Assembly (NCBI GenBank): GCA_963699165.1
Contig: OY969413.1
Coordinates: 63,506 to 127,505 of the forward strand
DNA from: Candidatus Kaiserbacteria bacterium
GTDB taxonomy: Bacteria; Patescibacteriota; Minisyncoccia; Phycocordibacterales; Phycocordibacteraceae
Direction: 5' to 3'
Length of the DNA: 64,000 bases
A model generated the notes under the pieces. The model saw nothing but the letters and a program-made list of their open reading frames with translations. It did not search any database and was not told the origin of the DNA. Positions 40,286-50,340 of the stretch are shown here, piece by piece. The position numbers and the translations under genes are program-made. Position 1 is the stretch's first letter. Every line of letters starts with the position of its first letter.

Positions 40286-40312
40286 GCACCTGAACGTCAG
40301 CGAGAAAATGGG

Positions 40313-40816
40313 TTAGCCGGCTTTCACGCGCAATTTGGTCTGCTTTGCTTTATCCAGTTTCGGAAGAACGATAGTCAAAAGGCCGTCTTTTGCGCTTGCC
40401 GTTGCCGCTTCAACATCCACTTCTTCGGGAAGAAGAATTGTGCGCGAGAATGAACCCCAAAAAAGCTCTCGGATAAAATAGTCGGGACCTGCGATTTGGC
40501 TGCGTTCGCTGCGCGAGCCGCTTATTTCAACCATATCGCGCCGTATGGAAATATTTAATTCGTCGGGTCGGACGCCCGCGACAAATGCCCGCACGATAAT
40601 TTCCAGAGGGGTCTGATGCACGTCTACCGGCAATTGGCCTTCGCCCGAAGAAGCGTCGTCTTCAAGCGGAGCGGGTCGAGTTCCGTACTCCTCGCGCCGG
40701 GGCGGTATTTCTTTGCGCACCGGCGCGGAGACCGGTTCGTCATCGAAAGAATCGAACGCATCGTCAGCGCTTGGGGTGCCGGAAAGGCGTTCGAAAAAAG
40801 AGCGTTTATTTGTCAT
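40313..40816 (-). CDS. Hsp20/alpha-crystallin family small heat-shock protein
   Basis: It has a C-terminal alpha-crystallin domain (..GLLTIVLPK..) and an acidic disordered N-terminus. Confidence 0.8.
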   Translation of the reverse strand: MTNKRSFFERLSGTPSADDAFDSFDDEPVSAPVRKEIPPRREEYGTRPAPLEDDASSGEGQLPVDVHQTPLEIIVRAFVAGVRPDELNISIRRDMVEISGSRSERSQIAGPDYFIRELFWGSFSRTILLPEEVDVEAATASAKDGLLTIVLPKLDKAKQTKLRVKAG

Positions 40817-41526
40817 GATGAGCGGGTAGGGTTAGGAAAATTATGATACTGAAAATATTTGAGGACCTCGAATGCGGCGAAGAAGACGACGGCAATCATC
40901 CAAATAAGGAAGAATGCGGTCAGAGTGGTCGAAGTGCCTGCACCCATAATAATAGTGTTGAAGGCGGTATGCAATGCGATTGCGAGGATAAGTCCGACAG
41001 CCGCGGCGAAAATCCGCGCGTCCGCGCGGTACCGCTCCGAAAATGCGAGCGCGAAACCGATTGTCGCCGATGAAAGCACATGACAGAGCGTCGAACCGAG
41101 AAAGCGCAGGTCGCCGGTTACAAATGAAGTCGCGATTTGACCGTTCAGAAGCGGTTCTAGAATAAAGAGCGTGTTTTCGAGCGCGGCAAAACCGAGCGCG
41201 ACCGTGAGCATGTAAATGACATAGTCGGGCGTTTCGTCGACCGCTCTGCGCCAGAAGATGAAAATCGCCGCCATTGCATATTTCACTACTTCTTCGATGG
41301 TTGCCCAGCCGAGCATCACGGAGAAATTGTTTTGCAGATTTGCGCGCACATACTGTTCCATCGGAATCGCAATCGGCACCGCGAGCATGCCGACAATAAA
41401 CGCAAAGGCAATCAGTTTTTTCGGTTCGGGATGGCGCGCGTCCTCTCGAAGCAGAAAATAGAGCCAGATGAACGACGGAAGAATCCCGCCGAGAAATGCG
41501 TAACCGAGGGCAGTAAGAATCACCAC
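40813..41526 (-). CDS. PrsW-family intramembrane protease
   Basis: 237 aa with 7 TM helices and the conserved EExxK (IEEVVKYAM), FxxxE (FAALENTLF) and HxxxN (HTAFN) motifs. Confidence 0.6.
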   Translation of the reverse strand: MVILTALGYAFLGGILPSFIWLYFLLREDARHPEPKKLIAFAFIVGMLAVPIAIPMEQYVRANLQNNFSVMLGWATIEEVVKYAMAAIFIFWRRAVDETPDYVIYMLTVALGFAALENTLFILEPLLNGQIATSFVTGDLRFLGSTLCHVLSSATIGFALAFSERYRADARIFAAAVGLILAIALHTAFNTIIMGAGTSTTLTAFFLIWMIAVVFFAAFEVLKYFQYHNFPNPTRSS

Positions 41527-41527
41527 T

Positions 41528-43693
41528 CTATTCTAACGCATCTTCGATGGTCCATTTCGCCACCATGAGGAAAGCGGCGTCTTTTGTCGGTAGCGATTGC
41601 CAGATTTCTTCGGTGACAAACGGCATGAAGGGGTGCAGCATGCGAAGTGTGCGGTCGAGAAGAACGAGGAGAAGCCGCGCGCGCGAAGCGCGCGCGGCTT
41701 CATCCGCTCCCGCAAAAATCGGCTTCGATTCTTCAAGAATCTTGTCGGCGAGCTCGTGCCACGCATAGTGGTACAGTTTTTCGGCCGCAAGATACACGCG
41801 GAATTCTTCCATGTCGCTGGTCACATCTTTTGAAAGTTCTTCAAATGCCGAGAGAATTTCCGTATCTGCCGGTGACAGCGATGCATCCATCTTTGCATCC
41901 TGCGCGTTCTCCAAAATAAACCGCGCAATATTCCACAGCTTGTTTGCAAAATGCTTGTAACCCTTCACTTTATCCTCGCTGATGCGCATGTCGGTACCGG
42001 GTGTATTGCCGACGATGAGCGCCATGCGCGCGGCGTCTGCGCCAAATTTCGCCGAAACATCGAGCGGGTCGAGATTATTGCCGAGCGACTTGGACATCTT
42101 TCGCCCTTGCGCATCGCGGACAAGACCGTGCAGATAAATCGTCTTGAAAGGAATCGTGTTGAGCGTAAACTCGGTCATAAGAATCATTCGCGCAATCCAA
42201 AAGAAAAGAATGTCATAGCCGGTCTCGATGAGGTCGGTTGGGTGATACACATTGAGGTCTTTCGTTTTATCCGGCCATCCAAGCGTCGAGAATGTCCACA
42301 ATCCGGAAGAGAACCACGTATCAAGAGTGTCCTCGTCCTGTACCCAGCCCGCATCTTTCGGCTCAACACCGACGATAATGTCTTCGCCCTTGTACCACAC
42401 CGGAACACGATGCCCGTACCAAATCTGCCGGCTGATGCACCAGTCGCGAAGATTTTCTATCCAATGGTAGTACGTTTTTTCGAAATGCTCCGGAATGATC
42501 TTGATGGCGCCCGAGCGTACCGGTTCAAGCATCAGTTCCTTAAGCGTCTTTTCGCGCCCGGGCACTTTTTTATTGACGTCGACCCACCATTGCATTTTCG
42601 GCAGCGGTTCAATGACGCCGCCCGTGCGTTCCGCAGTCGCGATATTTTGCAAAACATCTTCTTCCTTCTCGAACAATCCCTCGCTTTTGAGCCATTCGAC
42701 GATAATGTCGCGCGCGTCGGCAACCTTCTTTCCTTCAAGACGGCCGGGGACGGCCATCTTTGCGTACTCGTTTATAACGATGACTTCGTGCGATAGCTCG
42801 TGACGGTCGGCAATTGCCCAGTCGATATGGCTGTGCGCGGGAGTGATGCCGACGGCTCCCGTTCCGAATGCAGGGTCGACTTCTTTGTCTGCAACGATTT
42901 TTATGTGAATCGGCACATCGCAAAAAACCGCGTCGTATTCTTTTCCGATAAACGCCGCATAGCGCGCGTCGTCCGGATGCACTGCAACGCCCACATCGCC
43001 GACCTTTGTTTCCGGACGCGTCGTTGCAACCGGAATAGGGAAGTCCTTCGAGTAGCGGAACGTATACAGTTTACCCTTGCGCTCCTCGTACACTATTTCA
43101 TCGTCGGAAATAGTCGTCTGGCCTTTCGGGTCCCAGTTCACGATGCGCTGTCCGCGGTAAATGAGACCGGCGTCATACATTTGTTTGAAAACGGTGCGCA
43201 CCGCAAGGTTGCGGTCTTCGTCGAGCGTAAATGCTTCGCGCGACCAATCAAGCGACGCGCCCATCGTCTTTACCTGATTCACAATGGCGTCGTGGCTCTG
43301 CGTTGCAAATGCTTCGATGCGCTTCAATAATTCTTCGCGGCCGATGTCATGCCTGCCTTTCCCCTCGTCTTTTTTGATTTGTTTTTCAACGACCGACTGC
43401 GTCGCGATGGCCGCGTGGTCCGTGCCGGGAATCCAAAGCGTGCGGAAGCCGCGCATGCGCTTATAGCGGATAAAAATGTCCTCAATAGCGAGCATGAGCG
43501 CATGACCCATGTGAAGGCGTCCGGTCACGTTCGGCGGCGGCAGCACGATTGAATACGGCGTTGCGTCTGCTTTTGTCGCGCCTTGCTTCACGCATTCGTC
43601 CGGATTAAAAAGTCCGCTTTTCTCCCACGCGGCATAGGTGCGTGGCTCGGTTTCGTTGGAATCGTAGGGCTTTAGGAATTTATCGGGCACCAT
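41528..43693 (-). CDS. valS: valine--tRNA ligase (compact form lacking the C-terminal coiled-coil)
   Basis: It has PPPNVTGRLHMGHAL (HIGH) and KMSKSLGN motifs with editing-domain-like insert architecture. The 721-aa length is short for ValRS. Confidence 0.85.
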   Translation of the reverse strand: MVPDKFLKPYDSNETEPRTYAAWEKSGLFNPDECVKQGATKADATPYSIVLPPPNVTGRLHMGHALMLAIEDIFIRYKRMRGFRTLWIPGTDHAAIATQSVVEKQIKKDEGKGRHDIGREELLKRIEAFATQSHDAIVNQVKTMGASLDWSREAFTLDEDRNLAVRTVFKQMYDAGLIYRGQRIVNWDPKGQTTISDDEIVYEERKGKLYTFRYSKDFPIPVATTRPETKVGDVGVAVHPDDARYAAFIGKEYDAVFCDVPIHIKIVADKEVDPAFGTGAVGITPAHSHIDWAIADRHELSHEVIVINEYAKMAVPGRLEGKKVADARDIIVEWLKSEGLFEKEEDVLQNIATAERTGGVIEPLPKMQWWVDVNKKVPGREKTLKELMLEPVRSGAIKIIPEHFEKTYYHWIENLRDWCISRQIWYGHRVPVWYKGEDIIVGVEPKDAGWVQDEDTLDTWFSSGLWTFSTLGWPDKTKDLNVYHPTDLIETGYDILFFWIARMILMTEFTLNTIPFKTIYLHGLVRDAQGRKMSKSLGNNLDPLDVSAKFGADAARMALIVGNTPGTDMRISEDKVKGYKHFANKLWNIARFILENAQDAKMDASLSPADTEILSAFEELSKDVTSDMEEFRVYLAAEKLYHYAWHELADKILEESKPIFAGADEAARASRARLLLVLLDRTLRMLHPFMPFVTEEIWQSLPTKDAAFLMVAKWTIEDALE

Positions 43694-43720
43694 TAATGAG
43701 AATATAGCAAATACGCGAGA

Positions 43721-44950
43721 TTACGCGAGCGGCAGGTTGCCGTTTGCGCGAATATCGGTTGCAAATTCTTTTCGTAGAGCGCGGTAGAAACTGGCGAGCG
43801 CAATCATGACGGCGTTGTCGGTAGTAAGTTCCTTGGAGGGAATGCGGAGCGAAACATGCGGATGTTCCGTCTTAATGTGTTCCGTAAACTCGCGGCGAAT
43901 GTGCGTATTTGCGGAAACACCGCCGCCGAGCACGAGCGTTTGCGCGCCGGTCAGGTCGAGCGCGCGCGATGTTTTCTTCCAGAGCACTTCCGTGACGGCA
44001 TTTTCAAATTCGAGTGCAATCTGCTGTTTGTCGACTTCTCCGACCGCGGGCATTTTTTTCAACAGGTACAGGACAGCCGTTTTCAGCCCCGCAAAAGAAA
44101 AATCGCAGGAGTCATCGTGCAGCATCGGGCGGGGCAGAACGATTTCAGAAGATGCGCTTGACGCCGACCGCGCGATTTCGGCGAGGCGAGAGATTTCCGG
44201 ACCGCCCGGGTAAGGAAGGTCGAGCATGCGCGCGACCTTATCAAACGCTTCACCGACTGCATCGTCGCGCGTGCGCCCGATGAGTTCGTACGAAAGCCAC
44301 TCACGCATGAGCACAAGCTCGGTGTGTCCGCCGGAAATGAGAAGCGCGAGAACGGGCATTGCGATGTTTTCGATGACGAGTTTGCCGTTCTCACTCCGAG
44401 CCAATGCCGACAAGTCGTCGTGTTCGTCCCGAAGGGACGCGACGTGATGGCGGCTAGTTAAGGCCGCCATCAAGTGCCCCTCCATGTGATTCACCGCAAC
44501 GAGCGGTTTGTTCCACAAAAGCGAAAGTGCCATCGCAAAGTTAACGCCGACCCAAAGCGCCGGCTCAAGCCCCGGACCTGCCGTAACCGCGATGACGTCA
44601 ATCGCGGGCGGTTCGCATTCGCTCACAAATTCGAAAAACTGTTCTTCGAGGCCGGGTTCGCGCGACAAAATCGCTGCGATTTTGTCGCGCGTCTCTTCCG
44701 GTATCACCTGCGCGTCCTCATGCAAAAGTTCCGCTTCTTCGAGCGCCGCTTCCAAAATCGGCACAAGATTTTTTGCGTGCTCGCGCTTTGCGAGCGCCGG
44801 GAAGACCCCGCCGTACTCTTTGTGGATTTCTATCTGCGAAAGCAGCGCATTCCCGAGCACCTCGAATTCCGCTTTTTGCTCGTCGCCATTTGCTTCGACG
44901 ACCGCTATTGCGGTCTCATCGCAACTGGTCTCAATCGCGAGGATTTTCAT
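43721..44950 (-). CDS. tsaD: tRNA N6-adenosine threonylcarbamoyltransferase TsaD (Kae1/Gcp family), with a C-terminal extension
   Basis: It begins MKILAIETSCDETAIAVVE.. and carries HMEGH metal-binding motifs. Confidence 0.85.
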   Translation of the reverse strand: MKILAIETSCDETAIAVVEANGDEQKAEFEVLGNALLSQIEIHKEYGGVFPALAKREHAKNLVPILEAALEEAELLHEDAQVIPEETRDKIAAILSREPGLEEQFFEFVSECEPPAIDVIAVTAGPGLEPALWVGVNFAMALSLLWNKPLVAVNHMEGHLMAALTSRHHVASLRDEHDDLSALARSENGKLVIENIAMPVLALLISGGHTELVLMREWLSYELIGRTRDDAVGEAFDKVARMLDLPYPGGPEISRLAEIARSASSASSEIVLPRPMLHDDSCDFSFAGLKTAVLYLLKKMPAVGEVDKQQIALEFENAVTEVLWKKTSRALDLTGAQTLVLGGGVSANTHIRREFTEHIKTEHPHVSLRIPSKELTTDNAVMIALASFYRALRKEFATDIRANGNLPLA

Positions 44951-45809
44951 TTTCTTTTTCTATCGGCGTCCACGGTACTTTTTCTCCAAATCGCACCCGA
45001 AATGCCGCCGCCGCCGGGTGGCCGTTGCCGCCGTATTTCCGGGCAATCGCCGCGACGTCTACGGTTTTGTCGCTTCGCAATGATACTTGCATTTCGGTCG
45101 CATCGACTGAAACAATGAGCGCGATGGGCGGTTTTTGCTCAACCAATGTGTGACCCACATCGCTCTTAAATTCTCCCGTCGCGCACACGAGATAGCATTC
45201 GTATCCTTCAAACGTTACCAATTCTGCATGCCGTACGGCATTGCTGATGATGTGTTCGTGATACTGATTAAAAAGAGAGCCGGTGTGAATGATTCGTTCG
45301 CGTTCCTTGTCATTTTCCATTTCGGCAACGAATACATCCCAATCCTCAAAAGATGAGGCAAGCAGTGGCGAGGTATACGCGTATGCGAGAATCGCGCGCG
45401 AATCCGGCAGCTCGAAGCGATACAAATCCCCGTCGGCAATGTACTGCAGCAAAGTTGGCACGGGCGTGTCGGGGTGAAAATAACTCCATGCGATGGTCGC
45501 GCCGGAGCGGTTCGCGTCAAACACAAAGTGCGGCATGCTCTGGACGATTTCCTTCGTGCCGAGGTGGTGGTCCAGCACGGTGACGGATTTCGCCTCCGCA
45601 ACGATGGCGTCCATGATTTCCTGTGGATAACAAAAATCGATAAAGTAGAGCGTGCGCCCGGCGAGTCCGTCAGGCGCCGGTCGGCCGTGTTTTGCGGGAA
45701 TGTATTCGGTAGCGTCACCAAACTTTTTCCACGCCGCGTACGCGCCGCCGAGTCCGTCCGGGCATCCGCCGTGATACAGAACGGCAATCTCTTTATGTTC
45801 TTCGTGCAT
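44931..45809 (-). CDS. DHH-family phosphoesterase (NrnA-like)
   Basis: It has HGGCPDGLGGA and a DHH motif (VLDHHLG). The C-terminal DHHA1-like region carries GGNGHPAAA. Confidence 0.7.
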   Translation of the reverse strand: MHEEHKEIAVLYHGGCPDGLGGAYAAWKKFGDATEYIPAKHGRPAPDGLAGRTLYFIDFCYPQEIMDAIVAEAKSVTVLDHHLGTKEIVQSMPHFVFDANRSGATIAWSYFHPDTPVPTLLQYIADGDLYRFELPDSRAILAYAYTSPLLASSFEDWDVFVAEMENDKERERIIHTGSLFNQYHEHIISNAVRHAELVTFEGYECYLVCATGEFKSDVGHTLVEQKPPIALIVSVDATEMQVSLRSDKTVDVAAIARKYGGNGHPAAAAFRVRFGEKVPWTPIEKENENPRD

Positions 45810-45846
45810 GCGCTTAGTGTACCGCGGAGTGGTTCAAACCTCTACA

Positions 45847-45889
45847 ACCCGCGCCTGTGAAGGTCAGACCTTCACAGGCGCGGGTTGAC
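45847..45889. promoter_or_regulatory. 43-bp near-perfect palindrome in a divergent promoter region
   Basis: CAACCCGCGCCTGTGAAGGTCAGACCTTCACAGGCGCGGGTTG has the same GAAGGTCAGACCTTC core as ~1150-1166. A related site lies at ~46797-46820. Confidence 0.55.
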
Positions 45890-46065
45890 AAGCTACATCT
45901 AGCAGTTGTATTGTATAAATAGCAAGAACGTTGAGATACATAGCTGTTTCGTCACAGCAGAAAGTGGCATAGTATCTGGGCCATTTCCTGCTGTGGCGAA
46001 TCGCCATCAGTCCCTTAACTCACGGACAGTGAGACACTCATGAGCACCCAGCTCAAGGAGATACC

Positions 46066-46683
46066 ATGAAATACGGCAACCTTACGCTCGGCCAAATCGA
46101 GGCGGGAATCAACAAACTCGGCATCGCACTCAGTATCCCCGGTGAAGAAGCATTTATGCGACTTCTCCGAGACCAGCTGGTGATTTCCGAAGCGGCTGCG
46201 AAGAAGCTTCTCGAACGCCTCCCCGCAACCATCGCTGTTCCGGCCATGACGCAATTCATTGCCGCGGACAACTTCGTCGTCGATACGTCGGCAAGGGCGA
46301 AGGTTAAGATCAGCGGCCTCGGCGACAACCTCAAGAAGCACTTCCTGAAGAAAATCGAGAGCTACGAAGTCGCCGCCGAAAACCTCGCCGTCAACAAGCT
46401 GCTCGAATTCGCCTACGATCCCGCCATCATCACCGCTCTCGGCGGCGAACCGAAGGTGGAGATCACGCTCGGCCAGTTCTTTGCGGTCTTCGCGAAGCAA
46501 CCGAACGGCGAAGCAGGTACGCTCCTGACGAACGGATACGCCAACGTCGGCTACATCCCCGACATCAATGGCGTTCTGGGGGCGGTCTACGGCTACTGGT
46601 GCGTCGGCGGCTGGTTCTTCGAGGCGGGCCCATTCGTTCACCGGTACAGGTGGATCGACGGCCTTCAGTTCCTCTCTCGCTGA
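46066..46683 (+). CDS. hypothetical protein
   Basis: 205-aa ORF with protein-like composition and a good RBS context (GGAGATACC ATG). Confidence 0.5.
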   Translation: MKYGNLTLGQIEAGINKLGIALSIPGEEAFMRLLRDQLVISEAAAKKLLERLPATIAVPAMTQFIAADNFVVDTSARAKVKISGLGDNLKKHFLKKIESYEVAAENLAVNKLLEFAYDPAIITALGGEPKVEITLGQFFAVFAKQPNGEAGTLLTNGYANVGYIPDINGVLGAVYGYWCVGGWFFEAGPFVHRYRWIDGLQFLSR

Positions 46684-46829
46684 TTCTTAATGCCTCAGGG
46701 CATTTGAATCAGACTCTTTGATCCTCCGAATCTTTCCGCGCATTCGTTTGCGTTGCAGAGGTTCGGAGGGTTTTGTTTTATACTGAACGATGGGGAAGTC
46801 CCACCTGTGAAGGTCTGACCTCCACAATG

Positions 46830-47771
46830 CTATCGCACAAAGCGCACATAGATGCCGGCGGGGACGACACGATCCGATGCAGATTCCTTTATGAAAAGCT
46901 CACCGCATTCGCCGTTTGATTCGCCGAAGACACTTTCAATTGCTTGTGCAAACGAGCGCGGCGCGTAGCCGGCGGCGTAGCCGTTTACCAAAAAGAATGA
47001 GCCGGATTTTTTTGAAAGCAGTTGCGAAAGCGCTTCGATGAGCGGAGTAAAATCTTCCTCGATTTTCCATACCTCGCCCTTTGCGCCGCGGCCGAATGCC
47101 GGCGGGTCGAGAATGATACCGTCGTAGCTTGCGCCGCGGCGCACTTCGCGTTTTACAAAAGCGAATGCGTCGTCGAGTATCCAACGGACTGAAGTTTCGG
47201 GAATGTCGGAAAGCCGTGCGTTTTCGTGCGCCCAGTCGAGTGACTGCTTTGATGCGTCAACATGCGTCACGAATGCGCCCGCTTGCGCGGCGGCGAGCGA
47301 GGCGATGCCGGTATAGCCGAAAAGGTTGAGCACGCTCACGACAGGAGACTGCTGCGAAAAAGTCCTCGGTTCTCCCGACTGCGTCGGGCCAGACTGTTTT
47401 CTCGCAGTCTCCTGTCGTTCGCCCAGCGCATTGACCTGATCATGTATCCAAACCCAATTCGGTTCTTGCTCCGGGAAGATGCCGGTGTGTTTAAACCCGG
47501 TAAGTCGCGCGAGGAATTTCGTGTCCTTCCAAGAAAGCTCCCATGATTCCGGAACCGGTTTTCGCGTCGTCCATTTTCCTTTCTTATCTTTAAATGCAAA
47601 TTCGGCCTGCGCGGTTTTCCAAAGTTCGGGACGCTTCTTTTGCCAGAGTGCTTGCGTTTCGGGACGCGCGACAACGATTTCGCCAAAGCGCTCAAGCTTC
47701 ATCGAGTCGCCGGAGTCGAGAAGTTCGTAGTCGCTCCACGGCAGGGCAGTGAGGTGTTGGTCGTATTTCAT
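46830..47771 (-). CDS. class I SAM-dependent rRNA methyltransferase (RlmI/RlmK-like, PUA + MTase)
   Basis: SAM-binding motif LNLFGYTGIASLAAAQAG plus the ILDPPAF motif. Confidence 0.7.
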   Translation of the reverse strand: MKYDQHLTALPWSDYELLDSGDSMKLERFGEIVVARPETQALWQKKRPELWKTAQAEFAFKDKKGKWTTRKPVPESWELSWKDTKFLARLTGFKHTGIFPEQEPNWVWIHDQVNALGERQETARKQSGPTQSGEPRTFSQQSPVVSVLNLFGYTGIASLAAAQAGAFVTHVDASKQSLDWAHENARLSDIPETSVRWILDDAFAFVKREVRRGASYDGIILDPPAFGRGAKGEVWKIEEDFTPLIEALSQLLSKKSGSFFLVNGYAAGYAPRSFAQAIESVFGESNGECGELFIKESASDRVVPAGIYVRFVR

Positions 47772-48229
47772 AATCGGTATATGCGCTTGATGCAGTCGTC
47801 AAGGTCTTCTACGAGCGGCATGGATAGAGCGTCAATGGGAGACACCCATTCGAAATCCTCGTGCTCATCTTTTTTTGTGAGTACTTCCGGTCGGGATTGG
47901 AGCAGCAACGAAAACATGTGATAGATAAAATCATAACCCCCATGGCGCACGTACAGTGTCTCTAGAAATGAAATATGTTCGGGAAGGACTGAAATGCCGG
48001 TTTCTTCGGCAAGCTCGCGAACCATGCCGTCAAGAGGAGTTTCCCCGACCTCGAGTTTTCCAGCCGGCACTCCCCATTTTCCGCCTTGAGATTTAGTCGG
48101 AAGTCGCAGAAGCATGAGGATTGCGCCCTCGTGTTCCGTAAAACAACTAACCACCTCAAAACGAGGGCTAAATCCGTCGATTTTGGTTTCGAAAATCATA
48201 TAAGCGCTTCGGGGTGCTTCTTTGACCAT
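47768..48229 (-). CDS. NUDIX hydrolase
   Basis: Nudix box GKWGVPAGKLEVGETPLDGMVRELAEETGI. Confidence 0.7.
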   Translation of the reverse strand: MVKEAPRSAYMIFETKIDGFSPRFEVVSCFTEHEGAILMLLRLPTKSQGGKWGVPAGKLEVGETPLDGMVRELAEETGISVLPEHISFLETLYVRHGGYDFIYHMFSLLLQSRPEVLTKKDEHEDFEWVSPIDALSMPLVEDLDDCIKRIYRL

Positions 48230-49005
48230 TCGTAAAAAACTACCGCGGCCGAGACGGCGGCGTTTAAGGATTCGGTGCGCTTATGCATCGGAATCGAAAG
48301 CGTGACATCGCATGCCTCGAGCGTTTTCTCGCGGATGCCCGCGCCTTCATTGCCGACGACAAATGCGCTCGGCGCATCGAACGCGTCCGTGCCGAGCGTG
48401 GTTTTGCCGTCCATCGCGAGGCCGTAAATCCAAAAACCTTTTTCTTTGAGTACCGAAATCGCGTGATTTACATTGCCGATGGAAACGAGCGGAATGCGAA
48501 ATGCCATGCCTGCGGATGTTTTGACGACTGCGCCGGTTACGCCTGCCTGATTGTGTTCGGGAATGAGCACGGCCGCAAAACCGAACGCAGCCGCAGAGCG
48601 GATGATGGCGCCGACATTGTGCGGGTCCTGCACTTCAGCGAGCACGGCGACTGCAGGATGTTTTGTGAGGTCGACTTTAGAAAGAAATTCGTCGAGAGAA
48701 ATGAGAAGGGCAGATGTGTCGATGGTGAAAATGACGCCTTGGTGCGCGGTGTCTCGCCCAACAAGCTCGTTGCCCCGGCCCGCCGCGAGCGGCGCAGTCG
48801 AAATGGAGTTTTTCTCAAGAAGAGCGCGCAACTCGCTGTCCCGCAAGTCGGACGCGAGGAAAACTTTTCGAATGATGCGCGGCGTGTTTTGGAGCGCTTC
48901 GACAAGCGCGTGTTTGCCGTACACATAGACCTTGCTGTCCGCGGCGCGCTTCGCGCGCCGCGGCTCCTTCCTATCCGTATGTCTCGCCTTTCTCTTTGGT
49001 CGCAT
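48196..49005 (-). CDS. rlmB: SpoU/TrmH-family RNA 2'-O-methyltransferase (RlmB-like)
   Basis: It has an N-terminal L30e-like substrate-binding domain and the SPOUT motifs ..DPHNVGAIIRSAAAFG.. and ..NLNAAVSAAVV.. Confidence 0.8.
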   Translation of the reverse strand: MRPKRKARHTDRKEPRRAKRAADSKVYVYGKHALVEALQNTPRIIRKVFLASDLRDSELRALLEKNSISTAPLAAGRGNELVGRDTAHQGVIFTIDTSALLISLDEFLSKVDLTKHPAVAVLAEVQDPHNVGAIIRSAAAFGFAAVLIPEHNQAGVTGAVVKTSAGMAFRIPLVSIGNVNHAISVLKEKGFWIYGLAMDGKTTLGTDAFDAPSAFVVGNEGAGIREKTLEACDVTLSIPMHKRTESLNAAVSAAVVFYEWSKKHPEALI

Positions 49006-49078
49006 TAAGTAACGTTATACCACGAAATCAAGTTGCCGGAAAAAGAAAATGCCGCCTCAACGGCGGCATCGGGAATTG

Positions 49079-49546
49079 TTATGGCCTTCCCTCATATTGA
49101 CGAACTGCGGTTTGAACGATTCTCGCAGCGTTTTTGAGCGATGGAATATCGTCTACGGAGAACCATCGTATGTGACCAATTTCCCCATCCCGCTTATTGC
49201 CGGGTTTCGCATTATCGACGACGGCAAGAAATATTTTGACGGTATCTTTCTTTCCCTCTGCCTCGGTGTAGTATTCGCCGAGAGCTTCGACTGTAAGCGG
49301 CGTCAAACCTAACTCTTCGCCTAGTTCTCGTTGGAGTGCATGTATCGCGGATTCTTTCTTTGGATTGTATCCACCACCGGGAAGGTTCCAAAGTAACACA
49401 TCACCATAGGTATGTCGTACAAGCAGGATCTCGTGCGCATTGCCTCTTTGCACAATTACCGCCTTCACGCCAAATGTAGCTGGACGAAAGAGTTTCCAGT
49501 ACATTTGAGCGAAAGGCAGGAGAATTTTGTAGAGGGTTCCTTTCAT
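49079..49546 (-). CDS. NUDIX hydrolase
   Basis: Nudix box GGGYNPKKESAIHALQRELGEELGL. Confidence 0.7.
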   Translation of the reverse strand: MKGTLYKILLPFAQMYWKLFRPATFGVKAVIVQRGNAHEILLVRHTYGDVLLWNLPGGGYNPKKESAIHALQRELGEELGLTPLTVEALGEYYTEAEGKKDTVKIFLAVVDNAKPGNKRDGEIGHIRWFSVDDIPSLKNAARIVQTAVRQYEGRP

Positions 49547-49547
49547 G

Positions 49548-50312
49548 TCAATACCTAAGCGAAGTGTTCAGAGGATCATCAAATCTGACTCTCACCATTA
49601 TTCTTTCCCCTTCGTACGGCATTCTACCATGCAGAGTCAGCTTATTATCAACGAGCAAGATGTCACCTCGTTCCCATGTATGACTGGCAATCAGGCATTT
49701 CTTCAAAGAATGCTCAACTGCTCCATATAGGTCGTCTTCTGTGTAACCCCTCGGGAGTTGCAGTATGCGGTTTCCGAATGTTAGTCCCCGATACCGCAGA
49801 TATTCTCGCTCGCATAGAGGGTGAATTGCCTTTTCCCCAACATACGATGCACTGGAATACTCGATGTCGACATCTACAATCTCAGGGTAATCGCTTCGAA
49901 TCAGGCAGGCAGCTTTCCGGGCGTCATACACATTTGTCATGCCGCCAGTTTCAGAAGGTTTGACGCATCCCAAAGCAAAATATGGGGTTATGCCCGCCCG
50001 CGCATATATGCCTTCCGTATGTATCGCCAAACTATCCTTATCCCTCCGGGCCTGCAGGGTTATATATGACGCCGAACTAGCGATTCTTTGACCAAAAAGG
50101 ACAGCGATTAGAATTATGTACGTCGCCAGGTTGGCATCAGTTTCCGGGAGAGAACCTGGTTTAATCAATACACATCCGAATTCTCTTAATTGTTTTAGAA
50201 CGGGAACGGTCGCCTCATTGATTGACGTCTCGCTGTTTATTGAAGCAATTCCAATCATACACGAACACCTTTCCTGACAAGAAACTTTTAGTTCCCGCAT
50301 GTACAATATCAA
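49548..50312 (-). CDS. TauD/TfdA-like Fe(II)/2-oxoglutarate dioxygenase family protein
   Basis: It has a HTEG (HxD/E) motif and a C-terminal LVDNKLTLHGR matching the TfdA-family WDNRxxxHxR signature. Confidence 0.5.
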   Translation of the reverse strand: MILYMRELKVSCQERCSCMIGIASINSETSINEATVPVLKQLREFGCVLIKPGSLPETDANLATYIILIAVLFGQRIASSASYITLQARRDKDSLAIHTEGIYARAGITPYFALGCVKPSETGGMTNVYDARKAACLIRSDYPEIVDVDIEYSSASYVGEKAIHPLCEREYLRYRGLTFGNRILQLPRGYTEDDLYGAVEHSLKKCLIASHTWERGDILLVDNKLTLHGRMPYEGERIMVRVRFDDPLNTSLRY

Positions 50313-50340
50313 ATAACTACGGACCGCAAGTATTTGTCTT

